DNA of 64,000 nt from Octopus bimaculoides. Its lineage: Eukaryota. The position numbers and the translations under genes were made by a program. The DNA lies in contig NC_068982.1 of assembly GCF_001194135.2 (NCBI RefSeq), forward strand, positions 74,694,610-74,758,609. The letters are read 5' to 3'. The notes under the pieces were generated by a model. That model was not told where the DNA came from and made no database searches. It saw nothing but the letters and a program-made list of their open reading frames with translations. Below, one piece after another: positions 26,373 through 40,199 of this stretch (its first letter is position 1; each line of letters starts with the position of its first letter).

Positions 26373-26775
26373 ACAGGTGTGGCTATGTGATTAAGAAGCT
26401 TGCTTTCCAGCCAGTGAGTCCTGGATTCAGTCCGACTGTGTGGCATCTTGGGCAACTGTCTTCTCTGGCCCTGGGCCAACCAAATCCTTGTAAGTTGATA
26501 TGGTAGACAGAAACTAAAAGAAGCCTGTGGTGTGTGCGTGTGTCTCCTTGACATTATGTGATTGTTGTAAAGCAAGTGTCATCATCATACAAGCAGTATT
26601 CTTTGTTTCCAATCTTCCATGAAAACATGTCCAGCCATGGAGAAATATAAACTTACTTGGAAACAGGTGAGAGTTTGTGACAGGAGGGGAATCTAACCAT
26701 AGAAAATCTGCCTCAAGAAACTCCATCTAACCTGTGCAAGCATAGGGAAGTGAACCTTAAAATGATGACGATGAT
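26373..26775 (+). mobile_element. SINE type B, near full length
   Basis: Head, body and gatgacgatgat tail. Confidence 0.85.
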
Positions 26776-28549
26776 ATATTTATAGTCCATCAAATCTTTG
26801 TTTTGAAAGGGTTAAGTTGGGTTAATATTTGGCTACACTTAGATTTACACAGGCTTTTGCATTTATTATATTTTCCAACACTGTTCTCGTACATACACTC
26901 ACACACACATTCATACATAATGTATGATTTAGTTAGTCATTGTTTATTTGAAAAGTAGATGGTCCAGGTAATGGACAGTATTCATCTCAACTAGGAAGTA
27001 CATCACCTGTTACCTTCAACTAAACTTGCTTTTGCTGTTAACAAAAAATAGTCTTATTCCTCCTCCCCACCTCTCCCCAGTGATACATTTACTCTGACCT
27101 TATATGGTATGGTGATTTCTATATCTGGATACATGCCTGAGTTGTCAGTGTTTTTAGTAGTACATGTTTAATATGTGCTTGTCTAGACATCACGTGATGG
27201 TTGTAAATTAGCATTATTGTCAAACAAGCAAGGTTGTTCGTCTCCAATCTAAACATGTCTGAGTATGGGAAAAGGTTACCTTGCTTGAAAACAAGTGAGT
27301 GTTGGTGACAGGAAGGGCATCCAGCTGTACAAACTTTGTTTCAACAAATTCCATCCAATCCATGCAAGTATGAAAAAGTGGACTTTAAATGATGATGATG
27401 ATTTCACTTATTCAGATGTATGTAATTAATTGTACTTATATAAGTATGATTATTAACCAATTAATCCTCTAATTATCATAACTAAAACGATGCACTTAAC
27501 ATTTAGTTAATAATATTATTTGTCTATATTGTATGTATGTATGTATGTATGTATTCTCAATAATTATTATTTGTAATTAAGGTACAAGGTCAGTAATTTG
27601 GAAGAGGGGTTTAGTCACTACCAATAACCTTAGTACTCTATCAAACCTGAAAGAACAAAAGTAAAATTGACTTAGATGGTATCTGAACTCGGAATGTTAA
27701 GTTTTGGGAGAAATGCTGCAAGGTATTTTTTTTTCCCCATGTTCTAATGTGTCTGCCAGCTTGTCATGTTAATCTATGCTCCATCATTATGGTCTTAATT
27801 CAAATTTCTGCTGAAATAGTTTCTATACGGTTGCTAGATCTAGTAGAAATAACCCTCAGATCTCACCTTACCAGCTTGTATAGGAACAGAACACATTAGA
27901 TAATTATAATCCTACTTGCCCCCAAAACATGTAGTGGTCATAGTTGATATGCTGATATATGTTTGGTTATAACTCTGGTCAGAGTTAGGTGTTCTCACAA
28001 CTACACTGTATCTCCACTACTTTCCTCTGCTTATATGTACAGTCCACTCTTACTACTCTTTTCTCAACATCTGTAACAAATAACTTTTAGTCACTTTGAT
28101 TTTACTGAACTTTCCTCCTCCACACACACCCACACTTGCTCTCGTCATGCACTCAGTTGTCACATGCAGAAACTTACCTAGACACAAGCTGAAGGAGTTT
28201 GTATATGTTTACTCAACCTGCTAGAAATAGCGGCCAGATTACACCCTGCTATCTTAAAAACATGAAGAACACATTCAATGCTATAGATATACAAAAAGAT
28301 TGGATGGTCCCAGCTAAAATACCTCTAATCATACATAAGCCTATTCATTCAGGTTATCTGTGGGTTAAACAACAACTTACCTGTGTGTTCTTCCTATCCT
28401 TGTGAATTTGCTACAGCTAGTATCTAGCCACCACCAAAGTCTTTTCTTTCTCTGTTCCTCTTTTTTTTTTCTTTTTTCTTTCTGCTGTCTCTTCAACTTT
28501 CTTAAATCAAGGACATGTATCTCAACTTTGTTTATAAGTCATCGTTCTC

Positions 28550-30450
28550 AATCACTTTAAAGTACATAACTGTTCTTATTGCTTGCACTCTTCCTTCACC
28601 CATTGCTACTAATACTGTGACTGAATATTATGTGAAATTGAATAGTCTACGTCAGCTAGTCTCCTCACTCACTTGTATCCCTGACTGACACACCAACTCC
28701 AAACACTTGTGACATCATTCTTGTTTCTAAACCCAGTATGCATCTTGCCATACATAAGTCTCTTCCATCTACTGAATCACATGATCAATGCTTACTTAAA
28801 ACCATCCTCACTGACATCAGCCACCCATAAGACACTTAAGTGAATGACTGATATCCTCACTCTAAGTGTGTGTGTCTCTTCACAACTCTTATGCACCTAA
28901 GTCCACAACTCCAAAATAAGTCTGCAGTTCCCCTGCAGCTGCTTAGCAGAAATACAGGCAAAGAATGCTGATTGCAAGTTAAACTACCAAGAAAGAAAAT
29001 ATCTTTGTACCTCACATGGCCTGTAAGCCTTATACCTCATGTAACTTGTAAGTTATTTTGCACCTCAAATTTCAAATAAAAGTCATCATGTTTCCTGCCC
29101 TGGGCAGGTTGGTATTGGAAAGGTTAACTAACTGGTCCTGAGATTGTTCCTTCTATTATCATGAAACTACTTGCTACAGCTAGTACCTTACTTCCATCGC
29201 ATTCTTTAATCTTTTTATCTCTACAAACCCTACCACCACATCACCAATCCATGAATATGTGCAACAGTGTGTCCCATCCACAAGAAGAGTGAATTTTCTG
29301 ACTCTGCCCAACTAACTTAATAGAAACAGTTATGAAAATCATCCACTTAATTTTATCACCTCAAGTTTTTTTGCTTTCTCAGCAGTCACAAATACAATTT
29401 CCAAACTTTGATCTACCATCCAACATTGCACACCACTATCTCCTCTCAATATTGTTTCCTTTGACATTAACAAAGGCCTCGATTATGTCTGACACAAGAA
29501 CCATGTAACAGTACTGATTATGGGTCCCATCTATTCCTTTGGTCTTGGATCTGAAGTTTCCTATTAAATCTCTCCCTCGCAATATTTACCAGTGGTGCTC
29601 ACTCTGTCCCACATTCTGTCATCTCAGGAGTATCTTTAGGATTGTGTTTCATACAATAATGATGTTTCACGGAGATGATACCACCTTTCCCTGCACCTTA
29701 ACTCTCTTCACACAAAGCATGGACATCTAATGTCAGACTTGTAGTTTCCATGAGCAAAGACCTTGAAAACAACCTTCAGCATAGATATGAAAAGTTAACA
29801 CTCTTTGTCACCATATTTCTGCTGAAATACACTGCCTTTTTCTGCATTTTGGAAATCATGGGTTTAGTAAAATAACAGCTAATTTTTGGAGCATAAATTT
29901 AAAATGAAATTTTAATGCAAGTTTTTCTTAGATCACTTTAAAAGATGAAATTTGTATTATAGACTCAGGGCAGCCTTGGGTTGGTTCATATCAAAAAGAC
30001 TAATCTCTTTTCACACTGCACATATAAAGGAAATATCTCCCAAACATTACACCTTCCTCAGTGATAACACATAGCTAAAAACCTTCAACTTTAAGCAAAC
30101 ATTAAGCCTCATGGTCTATAATAATCTTAGATGACCAACAGCATTATCAAACCTACATCTCAAGATTTGATGACCACTTCAACCTTGAACAATTAAATAT
30201 TAGTTTTCTTTAAAGTGTACATGTTACTTACACTGGGGCCCTGCACACATATTTGGCACTATGCAACTGCTAAATATACAGCATCCTAGACAGCAAGCAA
30301 AGTAAATGACCATCTGGCTGATTGTCAAAGCCTTACTAATCAACTACAACCAATAGTCCATGCAAACACTATTTCTTCTTTCTGTCTCTTTTACCTTTTC
30401 TCTAATGTTTGCTTCTCCTCCAGGAGTTCAGGCTGAAAATAAACCTGATC
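28550..30450 (+). mobile_element. Heavily decayed CR1/L2/Jockey-group LINE remnant
   Basis: C-rich strand with RT-motif remnants in order: GPD-like (29133), DIxKAFDxVWH-like (29461), SGV-like (~29615) and ADDT-like ggagatgatacc (29671). Interrupted by a MITE. Confidence 0.55.
29799..30000. mobile_element. piggyBac-type MITE P1 inserted in the LINE remnant
   Basis: TTAA|CACTCTTTGTCACC...CATATCAAAAAGAC|TAA. Confidence 0.7.
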
Positions 30451-30514
30451 AACTTGACATGTTTTGTGAGGCCTGCAAAACCAGTTCTAAATAATAATAA
30501 TAATAGATATTTCT

Positions 30515-31000
30515 CTGTATTATAGGCACAAGGCCTGAAATTGGGGCAGGGGGTTAATCACATTAAGTCAACACCCAGTGTTCAATTGGTACATATTTCA
30601 TCAACCTCATAGGAATTTAAACTCAGAATGTAGAGACAGAATAAATGCCACAAAGCGTTTTGCCCAGCACAGTAACTATTCTGCAAACTCACTACCTTAC
30701 TGTACTTATTTTATCAATTACCAGTTGGAGCACTCTGTGAGATAAGTCCAGTTGTTAATAGTAATAATAATAATAACTGTTTCAAATTTAGGCTAAGGCC
30801 AACAATTTAGAGGGGAGAGTGTTAGGTGTAGTTCGTTGATTGCATTAACCTCAGTACTTGACTGGTCCTTATTTTATCAACTTCAAAAAGGACAAAAGAC
30901 AAAGTTGTTCTTGACAGTATTTGAACTTGGGCTGTAAAAGCCAGAAAAAATGCCACTAAGCATGTTTTTTAATGCTCTAATGATTCTGCCAATTCACCAA
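30515..31000 (-). mobile_element. Two SINE type C copies (30515-30700, 30785-31000)
   Basis: Each sits next to an (AAT)n run; about 1 CpG each by eye. Confidence 0.7.
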
Positions 31001-31683
31001 CATACCAATATTAATAAGTTTTCCCAGTAAAAATAATAGTTTTTAAAGAGTAAAGAAACATTATTTATGAACTTCCTGCTCCTAGTAATTCTTTGTATGG
31101 ATTCTATCAATTGTAAAGAAGGATTTAATAAATTCCCCTTTTTCTAAATTTAATTTGTGTAGTAATCTTTGCTACAGCTTTTCTTCTACCCTACTACTGT
31201 CTCTCTCTCTCTCTCCACTCCACTTAATGGCAAGGACTAGAAAAACCAGCAGAATCAATATTGCTGTAATGTTCAATGTCCATTAATTTGGCAGCTAAGA
31301 ATGGTGTTGCTATCTTCAAGTTTTGTGTTGCATAAGAGAAAGAAATGACCTTGTTTTCTACTCTAAAGGTCATTATTCAGCTATTTCAGATTTCTAATTA
31401 TGGAGTATTTTATGAGAGTTTCATTTCTCTTTCTAATGTGTTTGAAATCTTGCTATGGATGTGTGTCTGCTCTCTTCCTCCTTTTTTCCCCCTTTCTCTT
31501 TCACTTTGTCTTCATATATATATATATATATACACACACACAGACACGCACAAAATATGCACAATTTGAAGTTGTGTGAGTAACAAATTTTTATTTTCTA
31601 CAGGAAATAAAATAAAAGACTGATTTCTGAAATGATCCACTTTAACTTCTTTCCATCACTCTTTGTTCACTCTTATCTATATC

Positions 31684-31717
<34 letters not shown>

Positions 31718-32067
31718 TTTCAGTTGAATATGATAATTTATTATTCATAAGCATTGTTTTATTTTCTATAGTTAACATATGTCTCTCTGATTCTACTTAC
31801 AATGATAATTTCAATGTTGAAGTCATTTTTGTTCATGTTGATTGGGTTTCAATGCAATTTGCAGCTGCTTTATTTCATGTTTATTAGAGTTTGTTTTTAT
31901 AAAAATCATCATTTAATGACGTCGAGAGCCCTCCAAGATATCGCATCTTGTACTGCAGATAAATTTTCAAGAAAATGTTTATTCGTAGTTATTTAACATT
32001 AAATTCTCTTCTTTTTTCAATGAAATGTAATTAATATAGAATGTAATGATTGTTAGAATTATTAGGT

Positions 32068-32330
32068 GCAGGCATGGCTACATGGTTTGCAACTACATGG
32101 TTTTGTGTTCAGTCCTACTATGCAACATCTTAATTCTCTTCTTTTATGACCCTGGGCTTAGCAATTCTTTAGTGAATTTGGTTGGTAGAAATTATATAAG
32201 GAATCCTAATATGTATACATTCGTGTTTGTGTTCATCCCCCATCACCACTTCATAACCAGTGTTGGTTTGTTTAATAAGTGCCAGACTTAAGTACTGGGG
32301 TTGAATTGTTCACCAAGGACTGCAATACCT
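32068..32330 (+). mobile_element. SINE type A, internally deleted
   Basis: Head plus a partial type A body. Confidence 0.7.
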
Positions 32331-32384
32331 TGATGGAAGCTAGGTTAAGGAGTTCAGAAGGTGTACGTATGCATTTATGTATAG

Positions 32385-32665
32385 GCTATTCAAGTGAATC
32401 ATTAAACCAGACATGTTTACTTGGAAAACTGGAAATGAATTACACCATTTATATGACAGTGACACTTGTTTGCAGCTATTGTGCAATGTTAAGTCAAAGA
32501 GACACTCACATACATGCAACAGGCTTCTTTCAGTGTCCATCTAATAAATCTGCTAACAAGGCTTTGGCCAGACCAGAAGACACTTGCTCAAGGTGCCATG
32601 CAATGGGACCGAACCCAAAACCACATAGTTGGAAGTGAACTTTTTAACCACACAGCCATGCTGGC
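32385..32665 (-). mobile_element. SINE type B, partial
   Basis: Reverse-complement body and head. Confidence 0.75.
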
Positions 32666-32675
32666 ATGGGTTGGA

Positions 32676-32715
<40 letters not shown>

Positions 32716-33634
32716 TGTATATATGGGACTTCATTTTCCAATGTAGCCATTCCTAATTTAAAACAGAGTATGATGTGTGGAAAATTTGGTCGCTATGACT
32801 AACAGTTTGCATGAAACCTACCTACATTGACCTGAGATAAACTTTGGTTTTGTTGCACACACTCAGATCAGTTGTAGTTAAAAATTGATAAATGGTGTTC
32901 CATTTGTGACATTCTCATCTTTTGTATATCAGGAACTGTATTGTTTGCTCTAGCCTTTATTTAAGGCTGTGATTTGTGAGAGTTTTTGTTGCTATCTTCA
33001 GCAGGTGGAGCAGTCATGTGTCAGCAGCCATCCAAAAAAGTCTGCAAATAAACCATATTTCTGCCTTCTCTTTCCTTTCATGTAAGAGAGCTTTAAACCA
33101 TTTAACAGATGTAAAATTGTAGAAAAACAAAACAAATATTTAGAATTTTGCCATTTAAGTTAGTTTTTTAATTTGAAATAATTATTTCCTCTTTTTATTA
33201 ATTTGTTTAACTGTAAATATATTTCTACATGTTATAAGGCCATTTTCCAAAGGCTAAAATAGCTCAATTCTAATTGAAATTGCTGTAGTTTGATTATACT
33301 TGGTTAGGGAAGGTAAAAGAAGAGCTTTTTTTTTTCAATCACATTTATACTTATATGTTATAACATGTAAAAGGAGTAGTCTCTTTCCATACAGTCTCTA
33401 AATTATGATCTACATATGATAACAAAAGTAATAACACAGTGTTATGAATAAATGTGTATTCAGATATCATGTTTATATTTAATAGATATGTATTTAGGCT
33501 TGCAAGATTAGTCTAGTTTTGTTTTTCATTATGTCCATCATAGATAACTTACATCACTTCCCACATACAAAAATTAAGAAGATATATGTATCATGTAAAT
33601 AAATTATTATTACTAGTGTAAAGACATATAATGG

Positions 33635-33975
33635 TTTACTTCTTGATTGCATGGTTTGGGGTTCAGTTCCACTGTGTGATATCTTGAGCAATTGTTCACT
33701 ATTGTGAGTGGATTTGGTAGGCAGAAAGAAGTCTTGTGTTTATGCATGTCTCCTTGTCTTGACATCACATGATAGTTATAAATGAGTGTCAACTGTCATA
33801 CAAGCAGTGTCATTCATTTCTAATATTCTGAAAGATTGTCTGGCTATGGTAAAATATTACCTTGCTAATTGAGGGTTGGCAAAAGGAAGAGCGTCTGGCC
33901 ATAGAAAATCTCCCTCAATAAACTCCATCCATCCCATGTAAACACAAGCAAAGGGGTCATTAAAATATGATGTTC
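33635..33975 (+). mobile_element. SINE type B
   Basis: Head remnant, body and tail. Confidence 0.8.
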
Positions 33976-34068
33976 CAAGTTGGTGGCCAGAATTTAATAA
34001 CAAAAGTGTGTTTATGAAAATCTGAAATCATACAGTATATTTAGTCTTGTCAAAGTATATATATTTAA

Positions 34069-34230
34069 CTTTTTTGTTACCAACCCATCTGGGGCTACCT
34101 CTGATTCTATAATATAAACTTCCTGTTTTAAAGTGGGCTTAATTTTAAAACTAACCATCAAACTTTCATCTTGAATTCCAAACACCAGCTTAATAACAAC
34201 TACCAAATTCTTCATCATTTTCAAAGCTGA
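34069..34230. mobile_element. piggyBac-type MITE P1, right end missing
   Basis: TTAA|CTTTTTTGTTACC followed by the shared body. Confidence 0.6.
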
Positions 34231-34804
34231 CAAGAGCAAAGAAAATATTTTTCAACATAAATATAAATAAGCTAACATTGTATAAGATTCTCACACACTC
34301 AAAAGAACATTTAACTTCAAATTGTGTAGTAACAGAAGTTGCAGTTTTATTCTTCATGACTTAGAGGTGAGGACATCATCATGACATAGTCTCCACGACT
34401 AGTGGAAGGAAGTTGTCCGCAGTCTAGGAACCTGGCCAAATGCATATCACAGAGAGGGCTCTGCTAAGGAGACTCAAGGATCACAAGTGATGTTAAACCA
34501 GGTGACAGATGTGTTTAATGATAAAAGCAAGATAAAATGGTAATGTTACAAAACATTACCAAATATTTATTTTGGGTTTTTGTTTCAAAATAAAATTATG
34601 GAAATGTAACTGATTTCATCAATTTTTAGGGTTAATTGTTACGATCTGGTCGCTTAATTTCACTTCAAAGTCTAGTGAAGATGAGATTTAGTACCCCTAT
34701 ATTCCTTATTACACCGGTATATTCCTTAATGCTAATTTCCTCCCTGTCCTTTACAACTATCACATGATGTCAAGATAAGGGAGCACAAACATCACATTCA
34801 CATA

Positions 34805-34888
<84 letters not shown>

Positions 34889-35293
34889 CACTATGGTTCA
34901 CCAGAGGTTATAGTAAAAGACACTTGTCCGAGGTACCATGCAGTAGGATTGAGCCTAAAACCATAGGTTGGGAAGCAAACTTCTTACCCACACAGCCACA
35001 TCCATGTCTTACTATTAATCTACATTCCTGAATGCTAATTTAGTATCTCTATATTCCTTAATGCTTGTTGATTGATATAACTGTGCCCTATCAACTTGAA
35101 ACAGAAGGCCAAACAGTTCCAAGTGATTTGGCAAAGATAGATAAATTAGTAGACTTTAGAACCTGTTCTATGAACTATTTCAGCCTATTGAGGTTTGTGT
35201 AAATTCTGTTGTCAGCTGTATACTTCTCTCTTTCTCTCTCTCTTTATATATATATATATAATGGAATTGTATTTTGGTTGAAGTTTGCTTATA

Positions 35294-35507
35294 CCTTTTG
35301 ATGCCAACCCACCCAAGACTGCTCTTGGTTCTAAGATACAAACTATTTGAAAGTGATCTAAATTTTAACCTTACATCAAATTTTCATGTTAAATTCTGTT
35401 CCTAACACTAGCTTAATAATGACAAAGTCTTTTAACTAAATTCATTATTTTCAAAAATTAATTGAAATAAAAAGGAGTGTTTCAACAGACAGATGGTAAC
35501 AAAAGAG
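35294..35507. mobile_element. piggyBac-type MITE P1
   Basis: CCTTTTGATGCC...GGTAACAAAAGAG|TTAA. Confidence 0.8.
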
Positions 35508-35753
35508 TTAAAAAAGCTAAATTTTAAAAAAGATTTGAAAAAATGGGTGTGGAGGAAATGGTGGTTTTCAGATTATAATATAAATCCAATACCCACACAT
35601 ACTGACCTGATATTGCTAACAACCAGTAAAATCCTAATTTTAAAATTGTATCATATTTTGTGGCATAAAAGATACACAAGCATAGATGCATCCCAATTTC
35701 AACTGTGCATATTCAGGAAAAAAGGCTTCTTGTGTGTTAAAGCATGTAATATG

Positions 35754-35996
35754 CAGTCATGGCCAAAAGTTTGGAACATAAGTTTGAAAATTAAAATTTT
35801 CATATTAAATGCCCAAAGTTATATTTAATTTGTGACACATTATTACTTGGCCAAGAGTTTGGAACATAGGTCTGAAAATTAGAATTTTTATTTTAAATGC
35901 CAAAATATATACATTCTATATATTTGAATTGAATTGTACTTCAGCATAACAATTTAAATTTTTTTCTAAATGTTCCAAACTGTTGGCCCAACTTCG
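35754..35996. mobile_element. Tc1-type MITE
   Basis: Left terminus CAGTCATGGCCAAAAGTTTGGAACA. Inverted right terminus TGTTCCAAACTGTTGGCCC at 35971. An internal 88-bp direct duplication includes the TIR core. Confidence 0.7.
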
Positions 35997-36577
35997 CATA
36001 AAATGTGTATCTCACATCCTCAAATACAGTAGTTCATTTTGTTGGGTATGCTTATCAACATCTTTCAATTAGAAGTATATCTTCACTGTTCTATTACCTG
36101 ATGCTTGTTTAATTTATGGTAGTTTTTAAATTAATTTTTATTTGTCCTTTTTAACATCTTCCATCCCCAAACAATATCTGAGTTAACAGGGAAGTCATTT
36201 GTAATTTAGAAACTTTAACACCTTTTAATCTCAGTTCTCTCAGTATAAAGGACAATGAACAGATCACAGGAGTATGGCAAAAGACTGATATTAACAGCAG
36301 AATAATTTAAGAGATTAAATGACACCCATACTGTGAGTTTATTTTACAAATTACTCAATGTCTTTATTAGTACTGGTATAACAAAAAAATGTACACGATA
36401 CACTCTGAAATGGTTGGCATGCAACCATTTCAGTCCTCTGGCTCATTGGATCCTGTCAAACCATTTAGTCCATGCCAACACTGATGATAAACATTAAATG
36501 ATGATGATGTATGAAAATACTTTATTCCTTGCCAAATATGCATTAAAGATTTGCTTCTCAATGATACACATGTTTAA

Positions 36578-36751
36578 CTCTTTTGATACAAATTTCCTTC
36601 TTTAAAGTGATTTAAATTAAAAGCTTTATCCAAATTTCATGTTAATTTATGTTCCTAGCACCAGCTTAAATATTTTACTAAATTCTTCATTATTTTCAAA
36701 AGTAATTAAAACAAAGGCAGTGTATTTCAACTGAAATATGGTAATAAAGAG
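36578..36751. mobile_element. piggyBac-type MITE P1, short variant
   Basis: TTAA|CTCTTTTGATAC...GGTAATAAAGAG|TTAG. Confidence 0.75.
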
Positions 36752-39700
36752 TTAGTTTTGTAAAACTAAAAATTGGAAAAAAAAAAAAAGAAAAAAAAAA
36801 AGGAACTACTTTAGAACAATGCATTGATAATTATTTACTTATCTATGTTCCTCTTTTTTGATAAGCAGTTTAAAAGTTTTAAAATTATATTACTATAATT
36901 TAATTGTTGCTTTCTAGCTTGATGTTTGTCTGTTTATGTTGGCTTTAATTTGGTCTGGTTGTAGGCTGCAAGTGTTACTAACTGTAAACTGTTGGTGTTG
37001 AGCGAAGCATAATGGCCTAAGCCATCTTAAATTACTACTGAAAACCCATTAAGTTTATTCCAAACAATGTTATAAGCAAATATGTATAATCATTATCTGT
37101 GTTTTAGTTTTTATTTTTTTCATTTTTTTTTTTTAGTTTTTATTGTTATTTATCTAATTATATTTAGTGAAACTTCTTCATCAGGAACTTTTAATGGCTG
37201 TCAAATTCGATTTGCTGAAAGCATTTGGAGAATTCAAATTTCATGTGAATCCCTGGAGGGTTGTACTATAGCGTTTTCAATTTCAGAACTTGGAGTTGTT
37301 TAAGTTAGAGTGAAAATTTGTGTAAGAAAGTAAAGTAATTTGTGCAGATGTGTTTAACCATTATATAAACACTTGGGTTACTTAAGTGCAGATATTTAAG
37401 TAAACTACATCATTAATGAATCAAAATTTACTTGAACATTTTACAAATTTTTCTGAAGTTTTATTAACCTCTGTGAGGTGCTTTGGATAAATGGAATATG
37501 TGAAGTGGTGGTGTGTTTTATTTCCTTCTTATTGCTCTGCCAAGTTTCATTGATATTTATTTATATGTTCAATTCTTAGAAGTTCTTGAACTCATAGTTT
37601 TTCTTTTCACTTGAATTTATGAAATAAAACTGTATTTAGAGAAGGTAGGTCAAGCATGTTGAATCAGTGGAGGGCACTAGTGCAGAAGTTGAATTATTAC
37701 ACTGGTATAGAAGTGAGAAGTTTTGGGTGTTGTAAGACAGTCATAGTATGGCAAGGATTGAAAGTTACGTGGGCTTTTGAGGGGGGTGTAGAAGCTATAC
37801 AAATTCAGAGGTGGGTGGGAGTAGAAACTGAACTTCTAGGGGGTAGTGTAGAAGCTAGGTGAAATAGGTGTGTAGAAGTTTATGGCTAAATGATGATGTG
37901 AACAAACTATTGTCAATGTAATTTTGCAGATGTGCTATAGCTGATTAGTTTATATTTTGTTATAACTGTGATACACTGAAAATAATATTGACTGCTTTTA
38001 CAAAATCTTATTTAAAGATGCACAGCACTATTAAATATTTTATCCTAGTCAGACAAAACAAGAAAGATCCTACATCCTTGCTCAGCTATTGAAATTAGCT
38101 GCCAGAGCCCCATCAAAATACACCCCACAGTCTGAAAAATGAAAAGGATATATTGAATAATGCAGTTCTTGATAGCTAAAAAGTAAAACAATGTGGCCAT
38201 GGCTGGAATGCCTTTGATTATCATGCTAATCAGAGATGGGTCTCTGTGCTGGTGAGATTGCCAATCATCATTTCTTATGGGAATGTTTTTGGATTTGGTT
38301 AGTAATTAATAGCAAAGGGGAACTAATTATAGTTTGAGGAGTGGTTGTAATATTTTCTTTGGGATTCCAACAATCACAGACCCTTATATGAATGAAACAT
38401 ATACATGTTATGTGAAATTGTATGCTATACAGTGGATGTGGAGTGTGTCTTAAAAAGTGGGTAGATCTACCCTTAAGATATCCAGTTACACTGCTGACAA
38501 AGAATTAAGATAGAGGACAGGGCAGGGAAGAGAGAGAGAGCAATGACTCATATTGACTAGGAAAATGTCTAATGCATCAGCAATTAATAAACCTATAGGA
38601 AGTTTGATTGTAAACGGTATTAAGTGTTTTACATGGTCACATGTTAAGACATTGCATCACTAAATCCTACTTTGAGTTTGTCTAAGTTATTTATTTCTTA
38701 TTTGTTTGGTAATGTAGTATTGATAAAGTTTCCAAAATGGACTTGTGGAGACATCGGTTTTTTATCTTTTATTTGTCTTAGATATTGAATTGTGGGCATC
38801 CTGAGGCAGCATTTTAGGTAATAACCCAGGTTCATTTGACTGGATACCTTTTTATATGTAAGAAATACTGTCTCTGCAGTTGAGGTGCTAGACTACTGGT
38901 CTCACAGACTGATATCGAAGCATGTCACATATATTGTGGTGTTAATGCTGTATCTAGATCAGTCCCTGATCAAATACATGTGATAAGAAGTATTCCCATT
39001 TCGACCATCTCATCTTTTTGTATTATATATATAGCACTACATTATCCAATGTGTCCTTCCTTTCCTAAGATAGTAAGAATACAATTTTAAAGAATTGAGC
39101 TGCTATTTTTCACCATTCAAGTGACTGCATAGTGTCTTTGGCAAAAATCAGCTCTGTTTAATCTGTATTTTGTTTGTTGAACAAAAGTGCCCCTCATTTT
39201 GCAGTTGGGTTGATAGCAATAATAAAAATAATGCTTCAAAATATGGCAGAAGGCCAGCAATTTTAGCAGGAGTGGGGTTGGTCAGTTCCATCAACCCTAG
39301 GACTTGATATATAATATTGCAGTGTTTGTTCTTGTTTTTCCATGGTTGCATGAGTTAGGGGAATATATTGTTGAGATACTGTTTTGCAGGTGCAGTCATG
39401 GCTGTGTGGAGTTATACTGTGTGTCACTTTGGGCAAGTGTCTTCTATAGCCCCAGGGTTGACCTCAGTGTGATATGAACTCAAAACATAAAAAGTCAGAA
39501 ATGCCACTGAGTATTTTGTCTGACATGATAATGATGATTGATGATGATAATAATAATAATGGCCAGTTCTAGAAATATTTAGCCTAGAAATATGGAGTAT
39601 CAAACAAAACAATATAAAGTAAAAAAAAAAAATCCAATATATTGATTAGTTTCCATTGCTTTTTTGTTTAATTATCTACCAATTTTTAATAAATTGCAAT

Positions 39701-39778
39701 GAATTTTTATTTCATTGATGTGAATAGCAAGTATTCACACCTGTTGTATGTCTTCCCCCCCCCCCCGTGTGTATTTAA

Positions 39779-39952
39779 CCCTAATCATATCAATCTGTTT
39801 GCGACCACCCTTGATCCTATGATACAAACTTTCCTGCTTTAAAGTGACCTAAACTAAAACCTTCCATCAACATTTTATTGAATTCTTTGTTATTTTCTAA
39901 ACGAATTAAAACAAAATCTGCATATTTTAACAGAAATACGGTTACAAAAAGT
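39779..39952. mobile_element. piggyBac-type MITE P1
   Basis: TTAA|CCCTAATCATATC...GGTTACAAAAAGT|TTAA. Confidence 0.7.
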
Positions 39953-40199
39953 TTAATCCTTTTGTTTCCACATGTCTGATGAAATACACTGTCTTTGTTG
40001 CAATTCATTTGAAATAACCACCATTTGTTGTTTCTTGTCATCTAAACTTAAGAATTATACTTCTTTAAATCCTTTGCTTTCTGATAATTTTCCTGCCTTT
40101 GTTACCTCCTTCAACCCCCAAAAAGAGAGATTGGTCAGTTTCTTATTATTAACCTTATGTTTGTCAATAAAAAAATAAAATGTGAAAGAGGATTAAGCC

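Noticed and set aside
34370-34510. GC-richer segment faintly like a LINE C-terminus
   Set aside because: Too short and degenerate to assign by eye.
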